The notes beneath the pieces were generated by a model. It searched no databases and was not told where the DNA came from. It saw nothing but the letters and a program-made list of their open reading frames with translations. From positions 192,001 through 256,000 of the forward strand of contig CAWDPO010000006.1 in NCBI GenBank assembly GCA_963804165.1: a stretch of DNA of 64,000 nucleotides, in the 5' to 3' direction. Source of the DNA: an uncultured delta proteobacterium. Lineage in GTDB: Bacteria > Desulfobacterota > Binatia > UBA9968. Shown here one piece after another: positions 42,554 to 52,235 of this stretch; position 1 is the stretch's first letter, and every line of letters starts with the position of its first letter. Position numbers and translations under genes: made by a program.

Positions 42554-43210
42554 GTGGGGAAAATGGACGACATCGAGGCGCATGAGAGCAAGTTTTATTC
42601 GGAGTTAGCCCCGCTTTACGACAAAGTTTTCGGTAAGATTTTTTACAGCCGTTTGGAACGAGTCATCGAGGACCTCGACATTCCACCGGGCGCAAAGATT
42701 CTCGAAGTCGGCGCGGGCACGGGAACGTCGTTTCCCGCGTACCCAACCCATTGTGAAATCACCGGTGTCGACCTAGCTCCCGACATGTTAGCGCGTGCGC
42801 GGCAGAAAATTCAGAAGAACGGCTGGTCGCATTTCAAAGTCCTAGAGATGGATGCCCTCGACCTGCAGTTTCCCGACAACACTTTCGATTACGTCATGGC
42901 CTTTCACGTCGTCACGGTCGTGCCGGATCCCATCCGCATGATCGCCGAGGCCAACAGGGTCTGTAAACCCGGCGGCAGGATAGTGATCGTGAATCACTTC
43001 ACCAGCGAGGTTCCGCTTCTCGGAACGATCACGCAAGCTTTAGACCCGATCACGAGACGGCTGGGCTGGCGCACGGATCTCAAATTAAAGCCATTCATCG
43101 AAACCAGTCATCTCAAGGTCGAAAAGATTTATAAGATCAACAAAACTTCTCTCTACACGGTGTTGCTGTTTCGAAAAGAGAACAGGTTCATCACCACTCG
43201 CGATCTCTAA
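42554..43210 (+). CDS. Class I SAM methyltransferase (PmtA-like)
   Basis: LEVGAGTG, VTVVPDP, RVCKPGG, VNHF. Confidence 0.85.
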   Translation: MGKMDDIEAHESKFYSELAPLYDKVFGKIFYSRLERVIEDLDIPPGAKILEVGAGTGTSFPAYPTHCEITGVDLAPDMLARARQKIQKNGWSHFKVLEMDALDLQFPDNTFDYVMAFHVVTVVPDPIRMIAEANRVCKPGGRIVIVNHFTSEVPLLGTITQALDPITRRLGWRTDLKLKPFIETSHLKVEKIYKINKTSLYTVLLFRKENRFITTRDL

Positions 43211-43475
43211 CCACAGCGCCGCCTCGCTGTCTCACGTTGCTCTTCTTTACATTTCTCCGCGTCGCTTCAGCGCGCGTCTAAACTCGGGGGATTCCACGAG
43301 TCGCGGACCAACAAAGGACAGGAAACCGATCGAACGATGGCCGCGGTCGGCTCATCGCGTCCAGTCTTTTGCAGCACGAACAACGACAGTTAAGTGAGAG
43401 ACGGGACTCGACGCCAATCGAGACATCGTCCCCGTTTCGAGGTGGGGCAAAAACTAAACAACTTTGGCAGCATCG

Positions 43476-43676
43476 CTAGCGCGGTAAATCTTTGGAGTTT
43501 TCCTTCTTCGCTTCTTTGTCGTCGGCTTCGTCGTCTTCGCCGCCGGTAACGCCTTTTTTGAAATCGCGGATCGCTTTTCCGAGTCCGCTGCCGATTTGCG
43601 GCAATTTACTCGGACCGAAGATCACCAGCGCGATCACCAATATCACCATGAGTTCCGGTACGCCGAGTCCAAACAT
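43476..43676 (-). CDS. tatA: Twin-arginine translocase TatA
   Basis: MFGLG.PEL..IFGPSKLPQIGSGLGKAIRDFK. Confidence 0.95.
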   Translation of the reverse strand: MFGLGVPELMVILVIALVIFGPSKLPQIGSGLGKAIRDFKKGVTGGEDDEADDKEAKKENSKDLPR

Positions 43677-43684
43677 GATTCCTC

Positions 43685-45136
43685 CTAGCTCTTGCGCTTC
43701 ACGGCAAAGAATACCGCGTTATCGCCCCGCTGCACAAGCAGCAGAATACGATCGCCGCGCCGACCTTGGCGGGTTGCCCGTTCAAAATCTTTGACATTGG
43801 TCACCGGCCGCTGATTGACTTCTCGGATCACGTCCGCCGGCTCGATGCCCACTTGATCCGCGGGACTGCCCGGCAGCACTTCGATCACCAGCACGCCTCG
43901 CGACGAAGTCAGCCCCAAACGGCGCGACGCTTCGGGCGTGATTCTCTGAACCCGCAGTCCCAACTCCGGATCGCGTGCTTCAAGCTGTTGATTTGGATCA
44001 TTTTCTTCGGGCAACTCGCCAATTTTTACCGCCACCGTTTGGTCTTTCTTTTCGCGGATGATTTTCAACGTCACCCGCTGGCCCGGCGGAGTATCGGCAA
44101 TCACGCCGGGAAAGTCGTGGCTCTTCGGCACAGGTTTGCCATTGAACTCTACGATAATATCGCCGGTCTTCACTCCCGCCTCTGCAGCCGGGCTATTTTC
44201 AGCGACTTCCGTCACGACAGCCATTTCGCCCGGACTTCGCGTGAGACCGAGGGATTGCGCGATCGTCGGAGTCACGTCCTGTGCGCGCACCCCGAGCCAG
44301 CCGCGGACGACGCGACCGTTCTTGCGCAACTGTTCAACTACTTTTTTCGCCAGGTCGATGGGAATGGCAAAGCCGATGCCGACATTGCCGCCGGATTGAC
44401 TGAAGATCGCGCTATTGACGCCGACCACTTCGCCGGCGGCATTGATCAATGGTCCACCGCTGTTTCCCGGATTGATCGAAGCGTCGGTCTGAATGAAATT
44501 GTCATAGGGACCCGCGCCGATCACACGCCCCTTGGCGCTGACGATCCCTGCGGTCACCGTATGCTCCAAACCGAAAGGATTACCGATCGCCATGACCCAA
44601 TCGCCGACATCCAGCTGACCCGACGTGCCGAGCTTGGCGAACGGCAAATTGCCGGTTGATTTGCGAATTTTGATCAGCGCCAAGTCGGTGCGGTCGTCTT
44701 TACCGATCAATCGAGCCTCGTGTTCGCTTTGATCGGCCAGTTTAACTTTGATCGTGTCGGCATTACGGACCACGTGGTAGTTGGTTAAGATCTCGCCGTC
44801 CTTGCTGATCAGGATCCCGGAGCCCAGGCTGCGTAGATTGTTTTCCCGCGGGACCGCTTCGCCAAAGAAACGGCTGAAGAAATCCTCGATGGGATCATTA
44901 GAGCCGGACCGCGGCGAGCGTTGTGAGGCGGTTGCGATATTGACCACCACCGGCATGGTTTTCTTTGCGATGACCGCAAATGACGGCGGACGAGAACCGT
45001 CGAGAGCAGCGAGACCTGCCGCACCACCAGGCGAGGACCAGGCACACAGTAGCGCAACCTGCAACACGCCCGTGATCGCCGGTAGCGGCAGGAAAGTGTT
45101 TCGCAAGCTCATGGTCAATGGGTCTCTTTTAGTCAC
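43685..45136 (-). CDS. DegP/DegQ serine protease with two PDZ domains
   Basis: TNYHV, DLAL, QTDASINPGNSGG. Confidence 0.95.
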   Translation of the reverse strand: MTKRDPLTMSLRNTFLPLPAITGVLQVALLCAWSSPGGAAGLAALDGSRPPSFAVIAKKTMPVVVNIATASQRSPRSGSNDPIEDFFSRFFGEAVPRENNLRSLGSGILISKDGEILTNYHVVRNADTIKVKLADQSEHEARLIGKDDRTDLALIKIRKSTGNLPFAKLGTSGQLDVGDWVMAIGNPFGLEHTVTAGIVSAKGRVIGAGPYDNFIQTDASINPGNSGGPLINAAGEVVGVNSAIFSQSGGNVGIGFAIPIDLAKKVVEQLRKNGRVVRGWLGVRAQDVTPTIAQSLGLTRSPGEMAVVTEVAENSPAAEAGVKTGDIIVEFNGKPVPKSHDFPGVIADTPPGQRVTLKIIREKKDQTVAVKIGELPEENDPNQQLEARDPELGLRVQRITPEASRRLGLTSSRGVLVIEVLPGSPADQVGIEPADVIREVNQRPVTNVKDFERATRQGRRGDRILLLVQRGDNAVFFAVKRKS

Positions 45137-45272
45137 CTGGGTAAAGCTCGCCGCAACACTAGCAAATTTTTGTCCCTGATTTAAATCTCACAAATTGGCC
45201 TGGCATTTGCAAATCGACTTCACTGCCGTTATGAAGAAACGACCTTTTTGACGCGAAAGCAATCACGCAATC

Positions 45273-46625
45273 ATGAAGCCCGCCCCGATCGACTACGACA
45301 CTGTCCGGGAGATGCTGCGCACGGCAACGCCGGATCGGATATTGCGATTTATCGGCAAAAGCCATCCCGCCGATATCGCCTTGTTGTTCAAAGGGCTCGA
45401 GCCGGCCGAGGTGCGCCAGCTTTTCGATATCCTGTTCTCGTCGCGCCGTGCCGACAAGACGCTAAAAGAGCTTCCCCCTGAACTTCTGCCCGACATCCTC
45501 GAGTTGATCGATGATGAAAAGGTCGGCCGCTTGATCGTCCGCGCCGATCCTGACGACGCCGTCACTTTCATCGACAGCCTCCCCGAGGAGCGCCGCGAAA
45601 GGGTCTTGGCGTTGTTGGACCCGGAACGCCAGGCTGCCGTGCGTGAGATCATCAACTATCCCGAAGGCACGGTCGGCCGAATCATGACCACTGAATTCAT
45701 GGCGCTCTCTCCCGATACCACCGCCCAGGGCGCCATCGATAAAATCCGTGAACGCGGCGAGCTCGAAGCATTCTTCTACCTCTATGTCGTCGATGAGGCG
45801 GGCAAATTGGTCGGCGTGGTGCCGATCCGCAACCTGGTGATCGCGCCGCCCAACCGCAAGCTCTCCGACATGATGATCGCTGATCCGGTGAAGGCCAATG
45901 TCTTCACGGATCAGGAAGAGGCGGCGCGCTTGGTCTCCCGCTATGAACTACTGGCGCTGCCGATCGTCGACGAGGCGGGCCGCTTGGAAGGCATTATCAC
46001 CGTCGACGACGTCATCGACATCATCAATGAAGAAAGCACCGAGGACATGTACAAAATGGCCGGCTTGGCCGAAGAAGATCGGGTATTCACACCAGTCTCC
46101 CGTTCGGTCAGAATGCGTCTGCCCTGGACGATTTTAAATTTGCTCACCGCCAGCTTGGCGGCATCGGTGGTGGGACTTTTCGAAGGAACGCTGCACGAGA
46201 TTATCGCTCTGGTCACTTTCATGCCGGTCATCGCCGGCGTCGGCGGCAACGGCGCGACTCAAACCGCCACGGTGATCATCCGCGCGATCGCTTTGGGCGA
46301 ATTGGAATTTGCCTCGGCGTGGAAAGCGATCGTCAAACAGGTTTCGGTCAATATTTGTATCGCGCTGGCGGCGGGCGGGATGATTGCCATTGCCGCCATT
46401 CTCTGGAAAGGAAGTCCGTTTCTCGGGCTGGTGCTCGCGGCGGCGATGATCTTCAATCTCGGCTTGATGGCCGGGTTTGCCGGAGCGGTGATTCCCCTGT
46501 TGTTGAAAGCGCTCAAGTTCGACCCCGCCCTGGGCTCCGGCATTATTGTCACCGGACTTACCGATGCCTTCGGATTCCTGTCGTTTCTTGGCCTCGCCAC
46601 GTATTTTCGCCGCTACCTCACTTAA
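45273..46625 (+). CDS. mgtE: Magnesium transporter MgtE
   Basis: N-domain, CBS pair, RLPW, GGN..TQ, DPA. Confidence 0.93.
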   Translation: MKPAPIDYDTVREMLRTATPDRILRFIGKSHPADIALLFKGLEPAEVRQLFDILFSSRRADKTLKELPPELLPDILELIDDEKVGRLIVRADPDDAVTFIDSLPEERRERVLALLDPERQAAVREIINYPEGTVGRIMTTEFMALSPDTTAQGAIDKIRERGELEAFFYLYVVDEAGKLVGVVPIRNLVIAPPNRKLSDMMIADPVKANVFTDQEEAARLVSRYELLALPIVDEAGRLEGIITVDDVIDIINEESTEDMYKMAGLAEEDRVFTPVSRSVRMRLPWTILNLLTASLAASVVGLFEGTLHEIIALVTFMPVIAGVGGNGATQTATVIIRAIALGELEFASAWKAIVKQVSVNICIALAAGGMIAIAAILWKGSPFLGLVLAAAMIFNLGLMAGFAGAVIPLLLKALKFDPALGSGIIVTGLTDAFGFLSFLGLATYFRRYLT

Positions 46626-47596
46626 CTTGCTCCTTCGGGCATCGCACGGTCCGGCTTGGGACTTTGCTGCAATAGAAACACCAGCCCGCCGATCAAGCTA
46701 TCCAGCACGACGACCAAGAAAAGCAACAATCCAAAGGCGATGCCCTTTTCAGTGCCGATGCCGATCACCGCGAGCAGAAAAATATAGCCGCCCTCGCGCA
46801 GTCCGAGGCCATTCAGGCTAATGGGAATGGCGGAGAATGTTCCGACCAATGGATAAACGATGACGGCAAAAGAGAACGGCACGTTGAGATCGAGCGCTCG
46901 TCCCATCACCACGTGCATCCAGGCTTGCACCAAATGAATCACAACCGAAAGCAGGGTCGCTACCAGCAAAGCGCGCCAGTGGGTTCGATAGCTCCTAAAG
47001 GCCAGGCGCAACTTGACCACGAGCCGACTGCCGTCTAGGGGCAGAAATCGCCGCAGCAAAGGAATGAGTGAGCCCGCAACGAGCAAGCCAAGAGCCAGCG
47101 AGAAAGTCGCCAGGCGGGCCGTGCGCGGGACAGCGTAGTCGGGAAACAGCAGCAGCCCCGCCGCGCCGAGCCAAACAAGCACGACCATGCCAATCGCGCG
47201 ATCCATTAGCACCGACATGGTGGCATGTACCGTCGTTACCGAACTTCCTTTCGTGCGCGGGTCTTCGTCCCGGACAAGATAGTAAACGCGGCTCACATCG
47301 CCACCCACGGTGCCCGGCGCGAAAAGATTAAAAAACATGCCGATCAGGTAATAGCGTAGCATGTCTTTCAACGGCGTCCTGATTCCGAGCGGCCGAGCCA
47401 GAGTCGTCCAGCGCAGCGTGCTGACGACTTGCGTGCCCAGATAGACGAGCAGCGCCAGAGCGATATAGGAAAACTTCGCGGATGCGAAAGTTTGCACAAA
47501 CCTTTCGGGGTGGACACGCGAGATAAAATACGCGAGCAACCCGCCGCTGACGACGACCTTGAGGAGAAGAATGATAACGGGTTTGGCCTTGTTCAT
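46622..47596 (-). CDS. Lysylphosphatidylglycerol synthase TM/flippase-like protein
   Basis: FNLFAPGTVGGD, PISLNGLGLRE. Confidence 0.85.
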   Translation of the reverse strand: MNKAKPVIILLLKVVVSGGLLAYFISRVHPERFVQTFASAKFSYIALALLVYLGTQVVSTLRWTTLARPLGIRTPLKDMLRYYLIGMFFNLFAPGTVGGDVSRVYYLVRDEDPRTKGSSVTTVHATMSVLMDRAIGMVVLVWLGAAGLLLFPDYAVPRTARLATFSLALGLLVAGSLIPLLRRFLPLDGSRLVVKLRLAFRSYRTHWRALLVATLLSVVIHLVQAWMHVVMGRALDLNVPFSFAVIVYPLVGTFSAIPISLNGLGLREGGYIFLLAVIGIGTEKGIAFGLLLFLVVVLDSLIGGLVFLLQQSPKPDRAMPEGAS

Positions 47597-48255
47597 TCTT
47601 CTAACGGTGGTAGGACCAGCGTCGGGGAACCGTCTTTGTTCAGACCATCGACCAAAACTCTACGTCCAACGACATGCAGACGCCCTTCGGCATACAGCTG
47701 AATGGCGCGTGGATAGATTCTGTGTTCTTGTTCGAGAATCCTGGTTGCCAGCGCTTCCTCGGTATCGTCGGGAAAAACCGGTACGACGGCTTGAATAATG
47801 ATCGGACCCTCGTCGCACTCTTCGTTGACAAAATGCACCGTGCAGCCGGCGAATCGCACGCCATGCTCCAGAGCTTTCTTTTGCACGTGCAGACCGGGGA
47901 AAGCCGGCAACAACGCCGGGTGAATATTCATGATGCGGTTCGAGTAGGCCTTGACGAACACCGGTGAAAGTAAACGCATGAAGCCGGCCAGGATCACGAG
48001 CTCGACGCCGCGCCCGCGCAGTATATCGATGACGGCTTGGTCGTAAACTTCGCGGCTGGCAAACGCTTTGTGATCTAGAACTTCAGTGTGAATGCCGTGA
48101 TTCTGCGCGCGCGCCAAACCATAAGCGTCTGCCTTGTTGCTCAGCACGACCGCGATGTGAGCATCGAGCTTCTTGGCTTCGATGGCGTCGATGATCGCTT
48201 GCAGATTTGTGCCGCTCCCCGAGATCAGCACGCCGATGGGAAGTTGCCTTGCCAT
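47593..48255 (-). CDS. purN: Phosphoribosylglycinamide formyltransferase
   Basis: SGSGTNLQA, NIHPALLP, GCTVHFV, DEGPII. Confidence 0.96.
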   Translation of the reverse strand: MARQLPIGVLISGSGTNLQAIIDAIEAKKLDAHIAVVLSNKADAYGLARAQNHGIHTEVLDHKAFASREVYDQAVIDILRGRGVELVILAGFMRLLSPVFVKAYSNRIMNIHPALLPAFPGLHVQKKALEHGVRFAGCTVHFVNEECDEGPIIIQAVVPVFPDDTEEALATRILEQEHRIYPRAIQLYAEGRLHVVGRRVLVDGLNKDGSPTLVLPPLEE

Positions 48256-48264
48256 AAGTTTCTC

Positions 48265-49305
48265 TTACGAGCGGATCGTCGCCGCCCTCGTGCCATTGCG
48301 GATCTCGCCGACGATATAGAATTTTTCGCCCATTTCCTTGAGTGTCCGTGCGACCCCATCCACCTGCTTCTTGCCGACCACTAAAATCATGCCCAGACCG
48401 TTATTAAACGTCCTGTCCATCTCGTCCTGCGCGATGGCGCCGGTTTTTTGAATGAGCGTAAAGACCGGCGGCACCGGCCAGCTGCCACGCTCGACAATCG
48501 CCGCTCGTCCCTTCGGCAACACCCGGGGCAGATTTCCGGTAATGCCACCGCCGGTAATATGCGCAGCGCCTTTGATCCGGTATTGCGCGAATAACTTGCG
48601 CGTAATCTTTGCATAGATCCGTGTCGGCTCGAGTAACTCTTCGGCTAACGTACAGCCGAGCTCGGCAACACGCTGGTGAATTCTAAATCGCCCTTTCTCA
48701 AACAGCGCTTTGCGCGCCAGCGAGTAGCCGTTGCTGTGCAGACCGCTGGAAGGAAGACCGATTAAAAAATCGCCCGCCGCGATCGCCTCGGGATCGATGA
48801 TTTTCTTCTTTTCCAAAGCTCCGACGATGAAGCCCGCGAGATCGTATTCGCCATTGGGAAAATCACCCGGATGCTCCGCGGTTTCGCCGCCGATCAACGC
48901 GCAACCCGCTTCGCGGCAACCGGCAGCGACACCCCTCACCACCGCTTCGGCGATTTTGACATCGAGTTTGCCGCAGACGAAATAATCCAAGAAAAAAAGC
49001 GGCGCCGCGCCTTGCGTCAAGATATCGTTCACACCCATGGCGACGAGATCGATGCCGATGGTGTCGTGAACGCCCGTCATTGCAGCAATCTTGAGCTTCG
49101 TGCCGACACCATCGGTGGACGAAACCAAGATGGGATGTCGATAACCCAAGCTCTTCAGATCGAACAAAGCACTGAACCCGCCGACGCCGGCCAAGACACC
49201 CGGCAGTTTGGTCTTCTGGGCAATAGGCCCGATACGACGGACGAGCTCGTCGCCGGCTTCTATGCTTACGCCGGCTTGCGCGTAGGTCAGTCCTCGGGTG
49301 GCCAT
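48265..49305 (-). CDS. purM: Phosphoribosylformylglycinamidine cyclo-ligase
   Basis: TDGVGTK, GGETAE, SGLHSNGYSL, HITGGG. Confidence 0.96.
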   Translation of the reverse strand: MATRGLTYAQAGVSIEAGDELVRRIGPIAQKTKLPGVLAGVGGFSALFDLKSLGYRHPILVSSTDGVGTKLKIAAMTGVHDTIGIDLVAMGVNDILTQGAAPLFFLDYFVCGKLDVKIAEAVVRGVAAGCREAGCALIGGETAEHPGDFPNGEYDLAGFIVGALEKKKIIDPEAIAAGDFLIGLPSSGLHSNGYSLARKALFEKGRFRIHQRVAELGCTLAEELLEPTRIYAKITRKLFAQYRIKGAAHITGGGITGNLPRVLPKGRAAIVERGSWPVPPVFTLIQKTGAIAQDEMDRTFNNGLGMILVVGKKQVDGVARTLKEMGEKFYIVGEIRNGTRAATIRS

Positions 49306-49379
49306 GGGTGGGTCTTGGAAAAACTTTCGGCAAGCAAATTTCTATTTCAGGCTCATGATAGCGCAGACTTTTAAGAAAT

Positions 49380-50174
49380 TCACATGGTCGAGCCCGCGGT
49401 GACGCCCGATGTGCCGCCAGCCGCAGCGAGCAAGGCGCGAATTTTCAAAGTATATTCACCGAATTTCGGAGTGCTCATGATCTCCATCGTGCGGGGACGC
49501 GGTAAATCGACGGCAATTTTTTCCAGCAACCGCCCCGGCCGTGCCGACATGACAAAAACGATATCCGAAAGAAATACCGCCTCTTGAATGCTGTGGGTAA
49601 CGAACAACACGGTCTTCTTTCGTTCCTCCCAGATACGCAGAAGCTCCATGTCCAGCTCGTCGCGCGTCATCGCGTCGAGCGCGCCGAACGGTTCGTCCAT
49701 TAGCAGAAGCTGTGGATCGGTCACTAAGGCGCGGCACAGCGAGGCCCGCTGTTGCATGCCGCCTGAAAGCTCGTGCGGATACATCTCCTCGAATCCCTCC
49801 AATCCCACTAGGTTGATGAGCGCGCGGGCTTTGTCGACATAGCTTGGCACATCCAATTTAGCGAATTCCACCGGCAAGAGAATATTGCCGAGCACGGTGC
49901 GCCACTTGAGCAGCACGGGCGCTTGAAACACCATGCCGACGTTCTCGAGTGGCCCGGTGACGGATTTGCCGCTTACGGAGATTTTCCCCGATGACGCCGG
50001 CAGCAGCCCGGAAATGATTTTGAGCAGCGTGCTCTTACCGCAGCCGCTTGGGCCGACGATGGAGACAAAGTTGCCGGATTGAATCTCGAACGAAACCCGA
50101 TCCAGCGCTGTAACGATCCTCGCGCCGCCGGTAAAAACTCGGGAGACTTCTTCTACCGTGATCAGCGGCGGCAC
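49380..50174 (-). CDS. ABC ATP-binding protein (nitrate/sulfonate type)
   Basis: GPSGCGKST, LSGGMQQR, DEPFGALD. Confidence 0.93.
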   Translation of the reverse strand: MPPLITVEEVSRVFTGGARIVTALDRVSFEIQSGNFVSIVGPSGCGKSTLLKIISGLLPASSGKISVSGKSVTGPLENVGMVFQAPVLLKWRTVLGNILLPVEFAKLDVPSYVDKARALINLVGLEGFEEMYPHELSGGMQQRASLCRALVTDPQLLLMDEPFGALDAMTRDELDMELLRIWEERKKTVLFVTHSIQEAVFLSDIVFVMSARPGRLLEKIAVDLPRPRTMEIMSTPKFGEYTLKIRALLAAAGGTSGVTAGSTM

Positions 50175-50204
50175 TTCGGAACCTGAGCAAACGAATAATA
50201 TTGT

Positions 50205-51215
50205 TTATCGCCTGATAAACTGATTGATGAAGGCTTCTTTCGCCGTCACTTTCCGGCCGATATCGAAAAACTCGTTGACGATTTTTACGGTTTTTTCCGT
50301 GATGTCCGGCTTCATGTAACCTAAACCCGACTGAACAGATTCCGGCGGCAGAAAGACCTCGGTGAGAGCGTTCTTCAATTGCACAGTCGCCAAGTACTGG
50401 TCCAGTTCCGGCTTGTGTTTGAGCAAAATTTTGAGCGCCGCTTCTTGATTATCGCGCGCATAGCGCAACCCTTCCAAAGTCGCCTCGACGTAGGCGCGCA
50501 CGAATTCCGGGCGCTTCTTGACATCATCCTCCTTCACGACAAGGCCGGTACCGTAGATGTCGAGGCCGGTGTCCTTCATGAAAATTCGATTGAGCTTGAC
50601 TCCAACCTTGCTTGCCGCCAATTCCGCGATCTCATCGTTCGAGCCCCGGTACATAACGATAAAGTCCGCCTTCTTCGTTGCCAGCGCCGCGGGCTGAAGC
50701 GGCGCCGCCGTCTCCTGAATGCGAATGGCTTTGTAGTCGACCTTATTGATCCGGCAATACGCCGGCATCAAATACCATTGGGCCTGCCCGGGACTGATCG
50801 CATAGGTTTTGCCTTCCAGGTCCTTTAATTGTTTTATGTTCGTATCTTCGCGCCACATAATGGTCGCGGGAACGTAGCCGAACTGCGCCACCGTCTGAAT
50901 CGGTGTTCCCCGCGAGCGTGCGACGATCGTGGTCGAGATATCGGCAAAACCGAAGTCGGCTCCGCCGGCGCCGATCGTTCGCACCGTGTCCGCGGAGCCC
51001 GTGCTCGATTGGATCGTCACGTTTAAACCGCGCTTGGCATAGAAGCCCTTATCCAACGCCACAAACCAGGGCGCGTGCTTGCCGCCGATGATGAAGTCCA
51101 TGCGCACGTTCGCCGGCGTGAGCTCGGCCGCCTGCGCAGCGACGCCAAAGCCAAGAATGACGAGTGCCAACGCGACTCCGCCAATTCGTGCCATTTGCTT
51201 AATCGGAAACATCAT
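50205..51215 (-). CDS. ABC substrate-binding protein, NMT1/THI5-like
   Basis: HAPWFVALDKGFY, GSADTV, DLEGK. Confidence 0.88.
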   Translation of the reverse strand: MMFPIKQMARIGGVALALVILGFGVAAQAAELTPANVRMDFIIGGKHAPWFVALDKGFYAKRGLNVTIQSSTGSADTVRTIGAGGADFGFADISTTIVARSRGTPIQTVAQFGYVPATIMWREDTNIKQLKDLEGKTYAISPGQAQWYLMPAYCRINKVDYKAIRIQETAAPLQPAALATKKADFIVMYRGSNDEIAELAASKVGVKLNRIFMKDTGLDIYGTGLVVKEDDVKKRPEFVRAYVEATLEGLRYARDNQEAALKILLKHKPELDQYLATVQLKNALTEVFLPPESVQSGLGYMKPDITEKTVKIVNEFFDIGRKVTAKEAFINQFIRR

Positions 51216-51236
51216 GCAACCTCCGCGAACCAAGAA

Positions 51237-52013
51237 TCAAAACGAACCTTCGACCTCACGTACCGCAGCGCTCCACGGCGCGAGTTTTCTTTGTAAAAGC
51301 TCCGCAAGCCAAAACAACCCTAAGGACAAGACCGCCAAAATGAGCAAAATCACGAGGGCGAAGGCGGTGTCCAAACTATAATTCGCTTGCAACACCAAAT
51401 AGCCGAGCCCTTCGTTCGCGGCGACGAACTCGGCGACGATGGCGCCGGTCACCGACAGCACGATCGCGACTTTGATACCGGCGAACATATACGGCAGCGA
51501 GTTCGGTAAGCGAATCTTCTTGAAAACGTCGCTCTCCGAGGCGCGGTTTACGCGCGCCAGTTCGAGCAGCTCCGGCTCGACCTCTTTTAAACCGACGACC
51601 GTATTGACCACGATTGGGAAAAATGCGACGAGAAAAGCAATGGCGATCTTCGAGAACAAGCCATAACCAACCCAGATCACCATCAAGGGCGCGAAGGCGC
51701 TCTTGGGCATGGCGTAGAGAATGACGATCAAGGGATAGATCGTATTCTGCAGATGACGCGAGTAAACCACCGCGATCGCAAAGCCAACGCCAAGGACTAA
51801 AGACAAAACGAAACCGCCAAAGGCTTCAATAAAAGTGATCAACGCGTGATTGCCGAGAATCGGCAGCTTCTTGATAAACGCCGTCACAAGATCGCCCGGC
51901 GGCGGCAGGATAAAGGCGGGAACCTTGATCACTTCGACGAGGATCTCCCACAGCACCAAGAGCGCGACGAAAAATAGAATGGGCTCGGCGACGTTCTTCC
52001 AGGAAGATTTCAC
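51237..52013 (-). CDS. ABC permease (SsuC-like)
   Basis: LPPP, FFPIVVNT, GAIVAEF, GLG. Confidence 0.9.
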   Translation of the reverse strand: MKSSWKNVAEPILFFVALLVLWEILVEVIKVPAFILPPPGDLVTAFIKKLPILGNHALITFIEAFGGFVLSLVLGVGFAIAVVYSRHLQNTIYPLIVILYAMPKSAFAPLMVIWVGYGLFSKIAIAFLVAFFPIVVNTVVGLKEVEPELLELARVNRASESDVFKKIRLPNSLPYMFAGIKVAIVLSVTGAIVAEFVAANEGLGYLVLQANYSLDTAFALVILLILAVLSLGLFWLAELLQRKLAPWSAAVREVEGSF

Positions 52014-52235
52014 AATTTCGCTCCGCGCCGACGTTAATGCAAAGACCCTACCCTGTCAAGAAAGCCAGCGACTCTGTTCCTCAGCATTTCAATTCTTTGA
52101 GCCTCATCAAAAAGGTCCAGATGCGAGGCGCGCGCAGAGTCCGCGAGCGAGGGCGTACTCTTACAGTACGTTTGAGCGAGCGGACCCAGCGCAACGACAG
52201 ACTGTGTGAAAACTCTTTCGGAGCCCTTCGACGGT

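Noticed and set aside
43211-43475. 265-bp gap between convergent genes as a possible ncRNA
   Set aside because: Only a weak hairpin (ACGGGAC...GTCCCGT) and no recognisable RNA family.
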